DNA of 64,000 nt, from contig QPMI01000532.1 of NCBI GenBank assembly GCA_004431415.1, positions 1 through 64,000 on the forward strand. Reading direction: 5' to 3'. The translations under genes were made by a program, and so were the position numbers. Shown here in pieces: positions 1-12,089 of the stretch. This stretch comes from Cyanophora paradoxa CCMP329 (Eukaryota; Plantae; Glaucophyta). Position 1 is the stretch's first letter. Each line of letters opens with the position of its first letter. The notes below the pieces were generated by a model, which saw only the letters and a list, made by a program, of their open reading frames with translations, made no database searches and had not been told where the DNA came from.

Positions 1-403
1 GGCGCGGTACGCCAGGAAGACTGGCTCCGCCTCCGCCTCCTCCGCCCCCGCCACCAGCGCCCCCTGCACGCCCGCGACTCGGCACCCCGCCCCGCCCCGG
101 CCCGGCCCCGCTCCTAGCTGGCGCTGGCACCCGCCCCGCCCGCACCTCGCTGTCAAGATGGTAAGCGCCGGGCGGCGGCCCGCCACCGTTGAAGTCCATG
201 CCGGGCGGCGGCCCGCCGCCGTTGGGCTCCATGCCGGGCGGCGGCCCGTCGCCGTTGGGCTCCATGCCGGCTCCGCCCTTGATGTTTTTGAAGAGATTGG
301 ACGGGCTCCACTTGCTGGGTTTGTTGCCGCGGGCTCCGACTTTCGCTTTGTTGCCGCGGGCTCCGACTTTAGGCTTCACAGACTTCCTGCCGCGGCCGCT
401 CAT
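1..403 (-). CDS. Hypothetical protein, N-terminal part (continues off the left edge)
   Basis: Minus strand reads MSGRGRKSVKPKVGARGNKAKVGARGNKPSKWSP...GMEPNGDGPPPGMEPNGGGPPPGMDFNGGG...LDSE, then a GT..CAG intron, then GALVAGAEEAEAEPVFLAYRA. The ATG follows a CAG, so an upstream exon is possible. Confidence 0.55.
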   Translation of the reverse strand, partial: MSGRGRKSVKPKVGARGNKAKVGARGNKPSKWSPSNLFKNIKGGAGMEPNGDGPPPGMEPNGGGPPPGMDFNGGGPPPGAYHLDSEVRAGRVPAPARSGAGPGRGGVPSRGRAGGAGGGGGGGGGGASLPGVPR

Positions 404-1393
404 CTGCCGTGGTGAGGTCGTCAGCGGGGACGGCACGAACGAGGCGAAGCCAGCTTCGCTGGCGACGCGGCAAAGATAGATCCTAGAAGCGGCAACGGCG
501 TCAACTGGCAAGAGCGCACTCTTCGTCCGTCTGTCGGGCGCACGACGCCCTTCGATGACGCGAAACGAACGACCCCGCTGCTATGGCTGGGTCCGAATCT
601 CGACTCCGCTGCCTTGCAGAGATAGCGATGCTAGCTGTGCACAGTGCACACGGGGAAGCGGGGCGAACTCGCGGTCAACGCCAGGGACGGGTACGCGACC
701 TCTGCACCAAGGCACGGGTACGTATATACGCGGCTTCACCACATGCGCAGGCTCATCGTCGATCAGCTGCAGTATGCGTATTCGTACGTATACGCGTGCG
801 CATGCGCGCGCATGCGCATGCAGAGCTCGCGCATTGAGGCAATTGCAATCGTGTCTGCCGGCGCCGCCCTCGAGCTCGCTGCCGCGCGCGCGCGCCGCGG
901 CGCTGCGCGCGCATGCGCATGCCTAGGCCTTCAAGGCTTCAAGGCTTCAGCCGCGTTGCGCGCCGCGCGGCGGACGATGTTGCATACATCTATCCGATAC
1001 AACGTTAACGTTAACCCGCACGTGCACGCGGCCGCGGGCACATCATGCATATGGCATCTTCCGATACAACCCGGCCCGCACGCGGGCCAGCCGCTGAGCT
1101 CGATCGCGACGCGGGGCCCTACTCTGCGGACGTCGACGAGCTCCGAGGCGGAGCTGAATGCAGGCCTTGTAGTTCCTTCGTACCCCCGCATAACTTCAAC
1201 GTGTGACTTTCGCCCTTCAAATACGGTAAATATTAATTACGATATTATGGTACACGTCACGGCGTGCATTACGTTAATACGTTACGCAGTGACCGGTTTT
1301 GTGTTGATGGTGCTATGATATGTGCACTAGCTATGATCAATATCGTCGTGCCGTCACAACCGGGCGCGGCGGGAGGGCCCGGCCCCATCGGGC

Positions 1394-4300
1394 CTAGGGC
1401 GCTGGGGGTGATAGCTCGAGGGGCCTAGGCCTGCGGCCGGCGCCGCCGATCGCGGGCCGCGGCCGGAGGCGGCCGCGGGAGATGGCTCGTTCAGCTCGGT
1501 CAGCCGCAGCGACCTGCGGCCCCGGCCCGCCGGCGGGCGACGCCACGTCAGAGCCCCAGCTGGGTGGGGACAGGCCCAGGCGAGCCCGGACCGCGGACCG
1601 GAAGAAGGCGAGGGAGTGGGGGTTGGCGAGGGAGTCGACGTTGGGGACGGGGAGTCCCTCCAGCGCCCGCTTCACCGCCACCTCCGCCTGCCGGGCCGGC
1701 CGAGATCAAATCAGGGATCAAATCAGGGATCGAATTGGAGATCAAATCAGGGATCGAATCAGGTGCCTTCTTGAGGTTGCGCGTGTAGGGCAGGTCGGGG
1801 GCCGCCAGCACCTGCGGCCCAGGCGGCCCGCGGCGTCGACGGGGGTACGGGCGCGACAGCGTGAAGGTGATCAAGAAGCACATGGGTATCACATCCACCT
1901 CTTGGGAACATCTAAATATGCGAAGTCCCAGCTAATCCAGAAAATGAAAAAGGTATTCGTACAATCCTTTATAGCATCCGATAACTATATATATCCAAGT
2001 AGAGGTTGTTAAAGACCTTGAGGTACACGCACCAGGGAGGGCACGTGGCGCGGGGAGGCGCGGTCGCGGAGGGCGGCGCGGATGCGAGCGTCGAAGGGGG
2101 CGGGGAGGGGGCCGGCGCGGGGGCCGGACCCCTCCCGCAGCTTCACGAAGAGCACGACCCGCACGTCCCCGCCCTGCCAGGGTTCATCAGGCAGGGCCCG
2201 CGGAATTCGAAGGGCGGCCCGGCCGAAGTATTCTGATCTAAGAGGCCCTAGATCTAAGGTCTAGAGCGGCGGCAGCGGACACGCCCAAGAGCGGGCGGGG
2301 CGGGGCGGGGGCGGGCGGGGGCTGGGCGGGGGCGGGGGCGGGCCCGCTCGAGGCCGACGACGCAGGCGTCCTAGCGGACGACGCAGGCGTCCTAGCGGAT
2401 GGAGCCTAAACCACCAAGATCTAGCTCTAGATCGCTCCTAAAACCAAAAGGGGGCGGGCCCGCTCGAGGCCCACGTCTACGCTGGGCTGGGCTGGGAGGG
2501 TCCTGGCGTGGAGTCGGGCCGGCTTGGCGGCTTGGAGTATAGATGGAGCCTAGACCATCTAGGTCTAGATCGCTCCCACCCGCTCGAGGCCGACGACGCA
2601 GGCGTCCTCGACCTCGGGTACGCCCTCCAGCGCCCGGTACACCTCCCCCGTCCCGATCCGCACCCCGCCTGGCAGAGCGTGAGCGGCGGGGCGGGGGCGG
2701 GCGGGGCGGGGGCGGGGGGGCGAGCGCGGGACCAGGTCCTTAGCTCCGAAAGAGCGAATTAGAGAGGTCTAGAGATCTCGCACTAGGCCTACGAAGAGAA
2801 ATTGGAGCGGGCGGGGGCCGGCCGCGCACCGGGGTTGAGGGTGGCGTCGGAGCGGCCGTGGATGAGGAGGCCGCCCGTCGCGGGCACCGCCTCCGCGAAG
2901 TCCCCGTGGCACCACACCCCTGGCCCCGCCCCGTGCCCCCCGTCAGCTGGCTGCCCCGGGGGGGCTAGAGCTAGATCTAGAGCAAGAGGTAGATCGAGGG
3001 CTCATGATCGACGTGCTAGGACGCGGCTTAGGTGGCTTGGGTATGGCGGTAGCTCGGGCGGGGCGGGTGGGGCGGAGCGGGGCGGGGCGGGGCGGGACCC
3101 GGCCGCCAGTGCTAGCGCGCGGGGAGGGGCAGGGGGCAAAAGCACCCGGAAAGCGCTCGAAGTAGGCTGCGCGGTACTTGGCGCCGTCGGGGTCCCCCCA
3201 GAAGCGCAGCGGCATCGAGGGCGCCGGCGCCGCGCACACCAGCTCCCCTGCGGAAGGCCCGGGGTCAGCCTGGCGGGGCGCTTGGCTGGAGGGGGGGGGG
3301 CGGGCCCTTGGCGCCGACGACGGGGCGCCCGGCGTCGTCGTAGACAGCGACCTGCGCGAGGGAGCCTCAGCCTTGAGTCCATGAACCTAAAAGGATGGCT
3401 GACCTAGCCTTAAAGGATGGCCTAAAAGGGCGGGGGGGGGGGGGGGGGGGGGGGGCGGGCCTTCATGCCGAGGCCGGGGCACTGGATCTCCCCCGCGTGC
3501 ACCGCCAGCAGCGGGCACGCCAGCGCGAAGCACCTGCCCGAAGGAAAAGAGTACTGATCTCAGTACTAATCTAGAGGGGGCGGGGCCGGGAGGGAGGACG
3601 AGCCCGTTGATGTCGGTGCCGCCGGAGATGGACCCAACGAGCATGTCCCCCTGCGCCCGCGGGCCGCCCCCGCCCGCCCCGTCGGGCTTCGAGCCGGGCC
3701 GGGCCACGCCGCGCCGCGCCGTGCAGGGCGGGGATCAAGCTTCTAAGCTTCGTCTTCTTCTTAAGTGAGGGGCGGTTACGCTGGCTTCGAGGGGCGGGTT
3801 TCGAGCCGGACTGAGCCGGGCCGGGCCGGGCGGCGCTCAAGCTTTTTAGCTTCTAAGCTCTTTCTAGCTTCGAGCTTCTAAGCTTCTTCAAGACGGGGGT
3901 GGGGCTCAAGCTTCTAAGCTTCTTCTTCTTCTTAAGCGAGGGGCGGGTACGCTGCCTTGACTGCGGAGTAGGCCCACTCGAAGGTGCTGGCGGGGAGGGG
4001 CGACCCCGTGGAGAGGAGCGTCCGCAGGCAGCCCAGGTCCAGGCCCGCGCCCGGCGCGGCCCCCGCCTCCTGCCAGCCGAACGAACCGCGTCAGGGCGGC
4101 TCCAAGCTAGGCTGCAGGACGAGAGAGGGCTAGGCTGGAGGGGGACGGCTAGGTCGCAGCGGGCGGGCCGGGCGGGGCTGGCCTGTAGGTTGGAGAGGTC
4201 TCCCGCTGGGTCAAGCCATGATAAAGAGAGGGCTAGCCTGGAGGGCGGCGGGCCGGGCGGGGTTCCAAGTTTAGCTGGAGGACGACGGGAGAGGGCTAGC

Positions 4301-6438
4301 CAGGAGGGGAGCTAGCTCTCAGAGCGGCTGAAGGGCGGGGCTGGCCTGGAGGGCGGAGAGGTACTTGGCGGAGGTGCCGAGGACCGTGACGCGCTCCCGC
4401 GCCGCCAGCTCCCACAGGCACAGCGGGCCCGGGTGGAACGGGCTCCCGTCGTACTGCGCGGGGGAAGCAGAGCATGAGGGGACGAGAGAGAAAGAGGGGG
4501 GGGGGGGGGGGGGGGAGTGGGGTGGTGGGGGGGGGGGGGGGCGGGTGGTGGGGGGCGGGCGGGGGGACGATCTAGGTGGTAGAGATCTAGACCTAGATCT
4601 GATTCAGATCCAGATCTAGATGTAGCTAGGGCGGACCAGGACGAGGGTGGCGCCGGCGGCGAGGGCGGAGAGGGCCCAGTTCCACATCATCCAGCCGGCC
4701 GTCGTGAAGTAGAGGAGGCGGTCCGCGCGCCGCACGTCGCAGTGCAGCACCAGCTCCTGCGCCGCTCCGATAGAATTAGATCCGCGGTTCGATTCGCTGC
4801 GGTGGGCGGGATGGGGCGGGGGCGGGGGGACCTTTGCGTGGTTGAGGAGCACGCCGGGGCCCTGCACCATGCTGCCGGGCCGGTCAGGCTATAAATAGCT
4901 GGGCCCATGAAAGGGGGGGGGGGGAAGGGGGCAGGCAGGGCGGGGCGGCCCGCCCCGCCGGCTCTACGCTGCGCACCACTTTGGGAGGCCCGTTGTGCCC
5001 GACGTGAACTGTGGAGGCGGGCGGGCGGGCGCCCTGGCGGCTCAGCAAGGGCAGGAATTCGAAGAAGGGCCAAGGCTGGGGGCGGCGCGCCATGATGAAG
5101 ACCGGGTGGTCGAAGGGCAGCTGCGCGAAGGCGATCGCGTCCTCCTCGTCGTACCCCTCGGGCGCCGCGTGCCGCGCCAGCACAGCCCCGTACCCCTCCG
5201 CCCCCGCCGGCAGGCCCCCCTCGGAGGCGCCGGCGCCCGCCGAGCCGTAGGGCAGCGAGACCAGCTGCGGGCTTCTAAGAGGAGGAGGGGTACGGGCGAG
5301 TGGGGGGGGGGGGGTAGCGGGCCTTCTCGAGGGAGGGGAGGCCCCGGGCGACCTCCTCCACCGTACCCCGCGTGCTGATCCGCTTCCCTTTGTACCGGTA
5401 CTCTGCGAGCCGAATAGGATCTAAAAATAGCCGAAGGAGGCTTGGTGGGGGCGGGGGGGGTACGCGCGCGCCTGCGGAGGCGAAGAGGACGCGGGGGGCG
5501 ACCTGGCCGAGCCGGTCGAGGACGGCGCGGGCGCCGAAGTCGGGCGAGCAGCTGCTCCAGACAGCCCCGACCGCCGTCGTCGCCAGCATCGCCACCGCCG
5601 CCTCCGGCGTGTTCGCCACGATGCCTGCCGCGGGTTCGGGCCGGGCAGGGGCCGGCATGCGCACGGGCAGAGGGAGGGGCGGGGGCGGGGGCGGGGCGCG
5701 CCGGCGCAGCGGTCGCCGGGGCGGACGCCCCAGGCGGCGAGGGCGCGGGCGAGGGCGGCGACGCGTCGCCAGAGGTCCCGGTACGTCAGCCGCTCGCAGG
5801 CGGCGCCGGCGGGCGTCGAGGCTTCGGGCGCGAAGACGATGGCGATCCCGTCGTCCCGGTGCCGCAGAAGGTTCTCCGCAAAGTTCTGCGCACGCGCGAG
5901 CTGCATCAGCCGGCGCCCGGCTCAAGCAGAGAGAGGGGGAGAGAGCACCAGGCGGGCGCCCGGGAACCAGCTGACGCCCGCGGGCATCGCGTCGCCGTCG
6001 CGCACGCGGTCGTACGGCCGCGAGGAGACGATGCCTGCGGCCGCGGTCACGAGGGCGCGCCTGGCGCCGGCAGCGCGTTGCGTCGGCGCGGCGCGGACCT
6101 GTGAACTCCCAGACAGCCGCCCAGAACCTGCGGAGCGCACGCGCGGCGCGCAGCAGTGTCATGGCTAAGAACTGCATGAAGAACGAATGCACAGCTGTAT
6201 CCGCTGCCGGAGCCAACGTATGCGGCCGCGCGGCGAGGATTTAGCGCGCAAGTGGTTCGGCGGGCGATCGGGCGCACTCATCTATGTTGTTCACGCTCCA
6301 TGTGTACAGGTCGTCGTAGCTGAGTGCGGGAAGCCGAGCGCCGTAGCGGCTGTTGACGAAGCGGATGAAGGCCGCCATATTGCTCTCCCGCATGCGCGCC
6401 TCGGACGGCCGCCAAAGCAGCCTGCCTCGCTCCTCCAT
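1394..6438 (-). CDS. AACS: Acetoacetyl-CoA synthetase (AMP-forming acyl-CoA ligase), multi-exon
   Basis: Spliced exons give [54 protein letters not shown] (AMP-binding loop), [40 protein letters not shown] and [13 protein letters not shown]...SLANP, all characteristic of AACS. Confidence 0.93.
1704..1763. repeat. Intronic tandem repeat, about 12-bp unit (GATCAAATCAGG)
   Basis: About five imperfect copies inside the last AACS intron. Confidence 0.8.
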
Positions 6439-6531
6439 GCTGTGCGACTAGAGATGGCGTGGATCGCAGTGGATCGGCAGCAAGACAAGCCGTAAGCGCT
6501 GGAAGGGGGTACCGCAAGCTTAGACCAAGCA
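6439..6531. promoter_or_regulatory. Putative bidirectional promoter between AACS and the aminopeptidase
   Basis: Only about 93 bp separate the divergent ATGs at 6438 (-) and 6532 (+). Confidence 0.5.
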
Positions 6532-9500
6532 ATGGCTGAGGCGCCCCCGCGCCTGCCGGAGGACGTCGTGCCGACGCACTACGATCTGCACATCTCCCTC
6601 GACCTGGACGCGCCGCCCGATGCCGAGCCCACGTTTGCCGGCGAGGTCTCCATCCAGCTCGACGTCAAGCGCGCCGCCTCGAGCCTGCTCTTGCATGGTG
6701 CGCCGCGCCACGACCGAGCGGCCAGAGCGCGCTCCGCGCCCCGCGCCCCGGCCCGACCGGCGGTCCTAGGCCTGATTCCGGCACGCGCAGCGGCGGAACT
6801 CGAGATCCAGAGCGTCGAGGTGGTCGTCGGATCGAGCGCGCACGCCCCCAAGGCCACGTACGCGTCGCCCCCGTCCCGAGCCCTTCTCCCCTAGGCCTGC
6901 CCGGCGCGGGCTCACGCGCGCCGGGCCGGGCCCGCGCGGGGCGCGCAGAGCGCTGAACAAGAAGCACGAGACGCTGCGGGTGGAACTCGCGGAGCCGCTG
7001 CAGCCGGGCGCGGCGGCGGCGCTGCGGGTGCGGTACCGCGGCGTGATGAACGACCGCCTCGTCGGCTGCTACCGCTCCTCGTACGCGGACGCTGCGGGGC
7101 GAAAGCGGTGGATGGCCGTCACGCAGTTCGAGGCGACGCACGCGCGGCGGGCGCTTCCCTGCTGGGACGAGCCTGCGTTCAAGGCCCGCCGCGGCTGGCG
7201 CCGGCGCCCCGCAACTGAGCGCGAAGCTGAAGCGCGGCGCACGCGCGCGCAGGCGACGTTCTCAGTGACGCTGGAGGCGCCCGCGGACCGGACGCTGCTC
7301 TCGTGCATGCCGCCGGAGGACTCGACCGCCCCGGCGCCCGGGCGGCAGCGCGTGCGCTTCGCGAGGACGCCGCGCATGAGCACGTACCTGCTCGCGTGGA
7401 CGGCCGGCGAGTTCGACTTCGTGGAGGCGCGCACGCCGGAGGGCGCCACCGTGCGCGTCTACACGCCCGTCGGCCGCGCCGACCTCGGCTCCTACGCCCT
7501 CGACGCGCGCCCGCCCCGCCCCGCCCCGCCCAGCCCTCCGCCGCCCTCCGCCGCCCCCTTCCGAGCCTCCGCGCGATCAGGTGGCCGTCCGGAGCCTCTC
7601 GTTCTTCACGGGCTACTTCGCGACGCCGTACCCCCTGCCCAAGGTCCGACGCCGCCCGCACCTCCCCCCCCTCCCCCCGGATCTCGTAGCTCACCTGAGG
7701 CTCAGATGGATCTGGTGGCGGTGCCGGACTTCAGGTGCGGCCCGCTCGCCGCCCGCCGCTCGCCGCCGCTCCTCAGCGGCCCGCCCCGCCCCTTCCGCCC
7801 TCAGCTTCGGGGCGATGGAGAACTGGGGCCTCTGCGTGTTCCGGGAGACGGCGCTGCTCATCGACGCGGCGCAGAGCTCGGCCGCCGTGCGCCAGCGCGT
7901 CGCCGAGATCGTCGCCCACGAGCTCTGCCACCGTACCCCCCGCCCCGCCCCGCCCCGCCCCGCCCCGCTCTAAGCTTTCCCCCTAAGCTTCTCCCTCGCT
8001 GGCCGCTCGCTCACTCGCTTTGGGCGCCGGGCCGCGCTTGCAGAGTGGTTCGGGAACCTGGTCTCCCCCGCCTGGTGGTCCCAGCTCTGGCTCAACGAGG
8101 GCTTCGCCACGTCCGTCCGCGCCCCTGCCCCGCCCCCGCCCTTAGCTTCTTCTAGGGACCCTAGCCTCCGGCAAGCCTCGGCAAGCCTCGGGGAAACCTT
8201 CTAGCTTCTAGATCTCTGCCCGCTCTTAGCGAGCCTCTAGCAAGCAAGCCTCTTCGGGGCAGGTGGGGCCCGCCCGAGATCCATATCTCTAGATCCCTTA
8301 GCTTCTCGATCTCTACCGGCCCGAGCCTCTCGGGGCAGGTGGGGCGCGCACGTGGCGGTCGACGCGCTGCGGCCGGAGTGGGAGTACTGGACGCAGTTCG
8401 CGGCCGTCCGCCTCGGCCTCGCCCACGCCCTCGACGCCCTCGAGGTGCGGTCGAGGCCTCGCTCCAGGGGATCCAGCTCTAGGTCTAGGTTTCCGAAGTT
8501 CCTTCCTAGGCCTCTGCTCTCCCTATCTCCGCCCCTTCTGTCCAGCCCCCTGGCCCCTCGCGATTCGAGATCCCCTTAGCCTCCTTCCCTCTCGAGGTGC
8601 CGCCCGCCCTTCGTTTAGGCTTCCTCCCTAGGCGTTGAGGTAACTCTTAGCGTCTGGCCAAGGCCGCCGCCTCCGCCCCCGCGCCCGCCCCTCGCTCCCT
8701 CCGCCCCCTCGCTCCTCCTAACCCGCCCCCCCCCTCTCTCTCCCCCCTCCCCCCTCGCCCCGCCCCCCTCCGCGGCCTCATTGGCCGGGGGCGGGGCGGC
8801 AGAGCACGCACGCGGTGGAGGTGGAGGTCGCCGACGCCGGCGAGATCTCCGAGATCTTCGGTGCCCCCGTCCCTTCCTAGCTCCCTTCCCCTTTATTTGG
8901 ATTCCTCCTGGATCTTAGAACGGCTCGTTTAGATTCCGCCCCTCCGCTCCCCTTCCCTTCGCTTCGGACTCCTTCCTTCGCACCTCACTTCGCCCCCAGA
9001 CGCGGTCTCCTACTCGAAGGGGGCCTCCCTCATCCGCATGCTCGCCGCCTACATGGGCCCCGACGCCTTCCGCGACGTCCGTACCCCCCCTAGCTGGCTT
9101 GGGACTGGGATATGGCGAATTCGCTGCGCCTGCGAGGGAGCTGGGAGCCCTTCAGCTCAATGGCTTGGGCCTCGCAAGTGTGACTGACGGGCGGGCTGGC
9201 AGGGCCTGCGGCGGTACCTGCCGGCGCACGCGTACGGCAACGCGACGACGGAGGACCTCTGGGGCGCCCTCGCCGCGGCCGCGGCGGCGGCGGGGCGGCC
9301 CCTCGACGTTAAGGCCGCCATGGACCGCTGGACCAAGGCCCCGGGTACGCTTTTCCGGGCCCGGGCCCGTGTGCTGTACCCCCCCTGAGCGCCGGGCCGT
9401 GCCGGGGCAGGGTACCCCCTGGTGGAGGTGACGGAGGTGGAGGGCGGGGGCGCCCGGCGCCTGCGGTTCGCGCAGCGGCGCTTCCTCCGCAACGGGCCGG

Positions 9501-11611
9501 CGCGCCCGCCCCGCCCCGCCCCTTGAGCCTCCGCCCCTCCTTCAACTGTCCGGCAGGGCCCGCGGGGCGGGAACGCGGAGGAGCGGTGGCGGGTGCCGGT
9601 GGTGCTCGCTGTGGAGGGCCGCCCCGAGCCCCTTCGCTTCCTCCTCGAGGCGAGCCGCCCCCGGAGAACCTCAGCCCGGAGAACCTTAGCTCGGCCTGGC
9701 TTAGTTCTTTCTGAGTTCGGCCTTGCTTCGCTGAGGCTTCAAGCCCCCTCGCTTTCTCCTCGAGCCGAGCCGCCCCCGCAGGGCTCGCCGAGCGTTCTTA
9801 GTTCTCTCTAAGCTCCGCCTTGCTTCGCTCATTATCAGGCTTCGAGCCCGGGCTCACGGCGCGCCGGCAGGGGGAGTCGGTGGAGGTGGAGGTGGCGGCC
9901 CCCGCGGGGGCCTTCCTCAAGGCCAACGCCGGCCAGACCGTGCGCCCGCCCCGCCAGACCAGACCCGAGCAGAGCAGCATGTCTGGCCCCGCGCTGCCCT
10001 CGCTTAGCCGGCGCCTCTTCCTCGGCAGGGCTTCTACCGGGTGCACTACGGCTCGCCGGGCCTCGCCGCCGGCCTCTGCCGCGCCGTCCGAGACCACGCC
10101 CTCCCCTCCCCCGACCGCCTCGGCCCGCCCCGGCCCCCGGCCCCTGCCCCGGCCCCGCGCCCGTCTATTTTTATCTAAGGAGGGGTACGCGGCCAGGGCT
10201 GCTGGCGGACGCGCTGGCGATGTGCCGCGCGGGGCTCGCCGAGGAGGGCGCCTACTTCGACCTCCTCGTGCGCCGTACCCCCCTCCAACTCTTCCCCCCC
10301 CTAACGGCCCCGGGGGGGTAGGAGGCGGTGCGGGACGGGGCCCCCGAGCTCGACGCCGCCGTCTGGTCCGAGGTGCGCCCCGCCCCCTTCCCTCTGATTT
10401 TTCCGTACCCCGGCCCCCCCTTCTGGCCCCTTCCTGACCCGCTCTGACCTCTTAGGTGGCCGCGGGGGCGGACGCCCTCACCGCCCTCATCGCCGAAGAG
10501 GTACGCCCTTCCCTTTCTTAGAGAAAGGGACGAAATTCCGCCCCGCCCAGGAGACTATCGAGCCCAGCCCTCGCCCCTCGCCCCTCGCCCCTCGCCGGCG
10601 CTGAGGCGGACCGGGCCGGGGAGCAGGCGGAGGCGCTGCGGGCAGCGCTGGATCGATTCTACTGCGGCCTCTTCGGGCCCGCCCTCGACCGCCTCGGCCT
10701 CCAGCCCGCTCCGGGTTCGACTCCCGGGAAGCCCTTTTAAGCTTCTGTACCCCCCACTCCTCCTGATCCGCGGGGCGCGCAGGGGAGGCGCACACGCGCT
10801 CTGTGCTGCGCGCGCTCCTCGTGGGGCAGCTGGGCGCCCGCGGGGAGGCGCGCGTGCTGGCCTGGGCACGCGCGCAGTTCGCGGCCGGCCGCGGCGCCGT
10901 GCACGCCGACCTGCGGGCCGCCGTGTACGCGACCGTGGCGGCGCACGGGGGCGAGGCGGAGTGGGAGGCGCTGCTCGCCCTGGCCCGCGAGCCGGGGCAG
11001 CTCCACGAGGAGCGCCTCCGCTGCGTCCGCGCCCTCGGCTGCGCCCGCTCGCCCGCCCTCCTCGCCCGCGCCCTCGCCCTCGCCCTCGACCCCGCTGAGG
11101 TCCGGCCCCAGGTCCGACCCGCTTCTTCGGTACCCCCCCGCCCCCCCTTCTCTCTAGGCTTAGGGGCGGGCAGGACGCGCCGGGGGTGGTGCTGGCGGTG
11201 GCGGAGAGCGGGGCGGAGGGGCGGCGCCTGGCGTGGGGCTGCCTGCGCGACCGATGGCCCCTCCTGGAGGCGCGCTACGCCGCCAACGGCATGCTCCTCT
11301 CCCGCCTCGTCGCCGGCGTCTGCGGCGATCTCAGCGGGCCCTCCCACGCGCGTACCCCCTCGCCCCTCGAGCTCTGTTCCGGATCCGGTCCTAACGTTAA
11401 CGCCTTCGTTCTTCTGCGCGCGCAGGCGGGGGAGGTGGAGGGCTTCTTCGCCGGCCGCGACGCGCCGTTCGCGCGGCGCGCGGTCGCCCAGTCCCTCGAG
11501 CGCATCCGCGGCAACGCCGCCTGGCGCCCCCGCGCCGTGCCCCGCCTCCTCCAGGCTCCAGCGCCTCCTCAAGGCCTAGGCCTAATCAAACACGCAACGT
11601 CAACAGGCTAG
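6532..11611 (+). CDS. M1 family (puromycin-sensitive-type) aminopeptidase, multi-exon
   Basis: [64 protein letters not shown]...LWLNEGFAT (HEXXH-x18-E), [17 protein letters not shown] and an ERAP1_C-like tail. Confidence 0.95.
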
Positions 11612-12089
11612 GTCCGCGCTCGCGCTGGCGCCTGCTACTAAACGTTCACTAGCTATAGCACATCAGCGCTACAGCGAGCGCTGCACCAAATTGCCACCAA
11701 TATTGTTGCAATTTGCAAGGCATCATCGGATCCGGAATCCGGATCCGAGATCTATGCATTTCACATTGCATTTTTCAAAAAAGTTTGCATTTGCATTTAA
11801 TTTGCGCATTCATGCGCCGGCCGGGGTACGTGTCCCCAAGAGGGGTGGGTACACGACTGCGAGCTAAAAGCTCGCAAACTCGGAATCCCGATCCCGGGCT
11901 GGGCCCGCGCGCAGGCGGTCGCACGATGCGAGCACACGCAGAAGCCGCAGGCAATGACCGACCGAGCTCGAGGTCGGCCGGCGCGCGCCCCGCATTTGCG
12001 CGATCCAGATGCTGAAGCTGCCGAGCTCGAGCAGGTGCGGGGGCGGGGGCCGTGGGCGGTCGCCGCCGGCGCCGCTGCTCTCCGTGTGC

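Noticed and set aside
2230-2800. RIP-like (CpA to TpA) mutation as the cause of CTAG/TAAG-rich introns
   Set aside because: Duplicated exon fragments in these introns retain CA and TG dinucleotides (e.g. CGCAGG), arguing against a repeat-targeted process.
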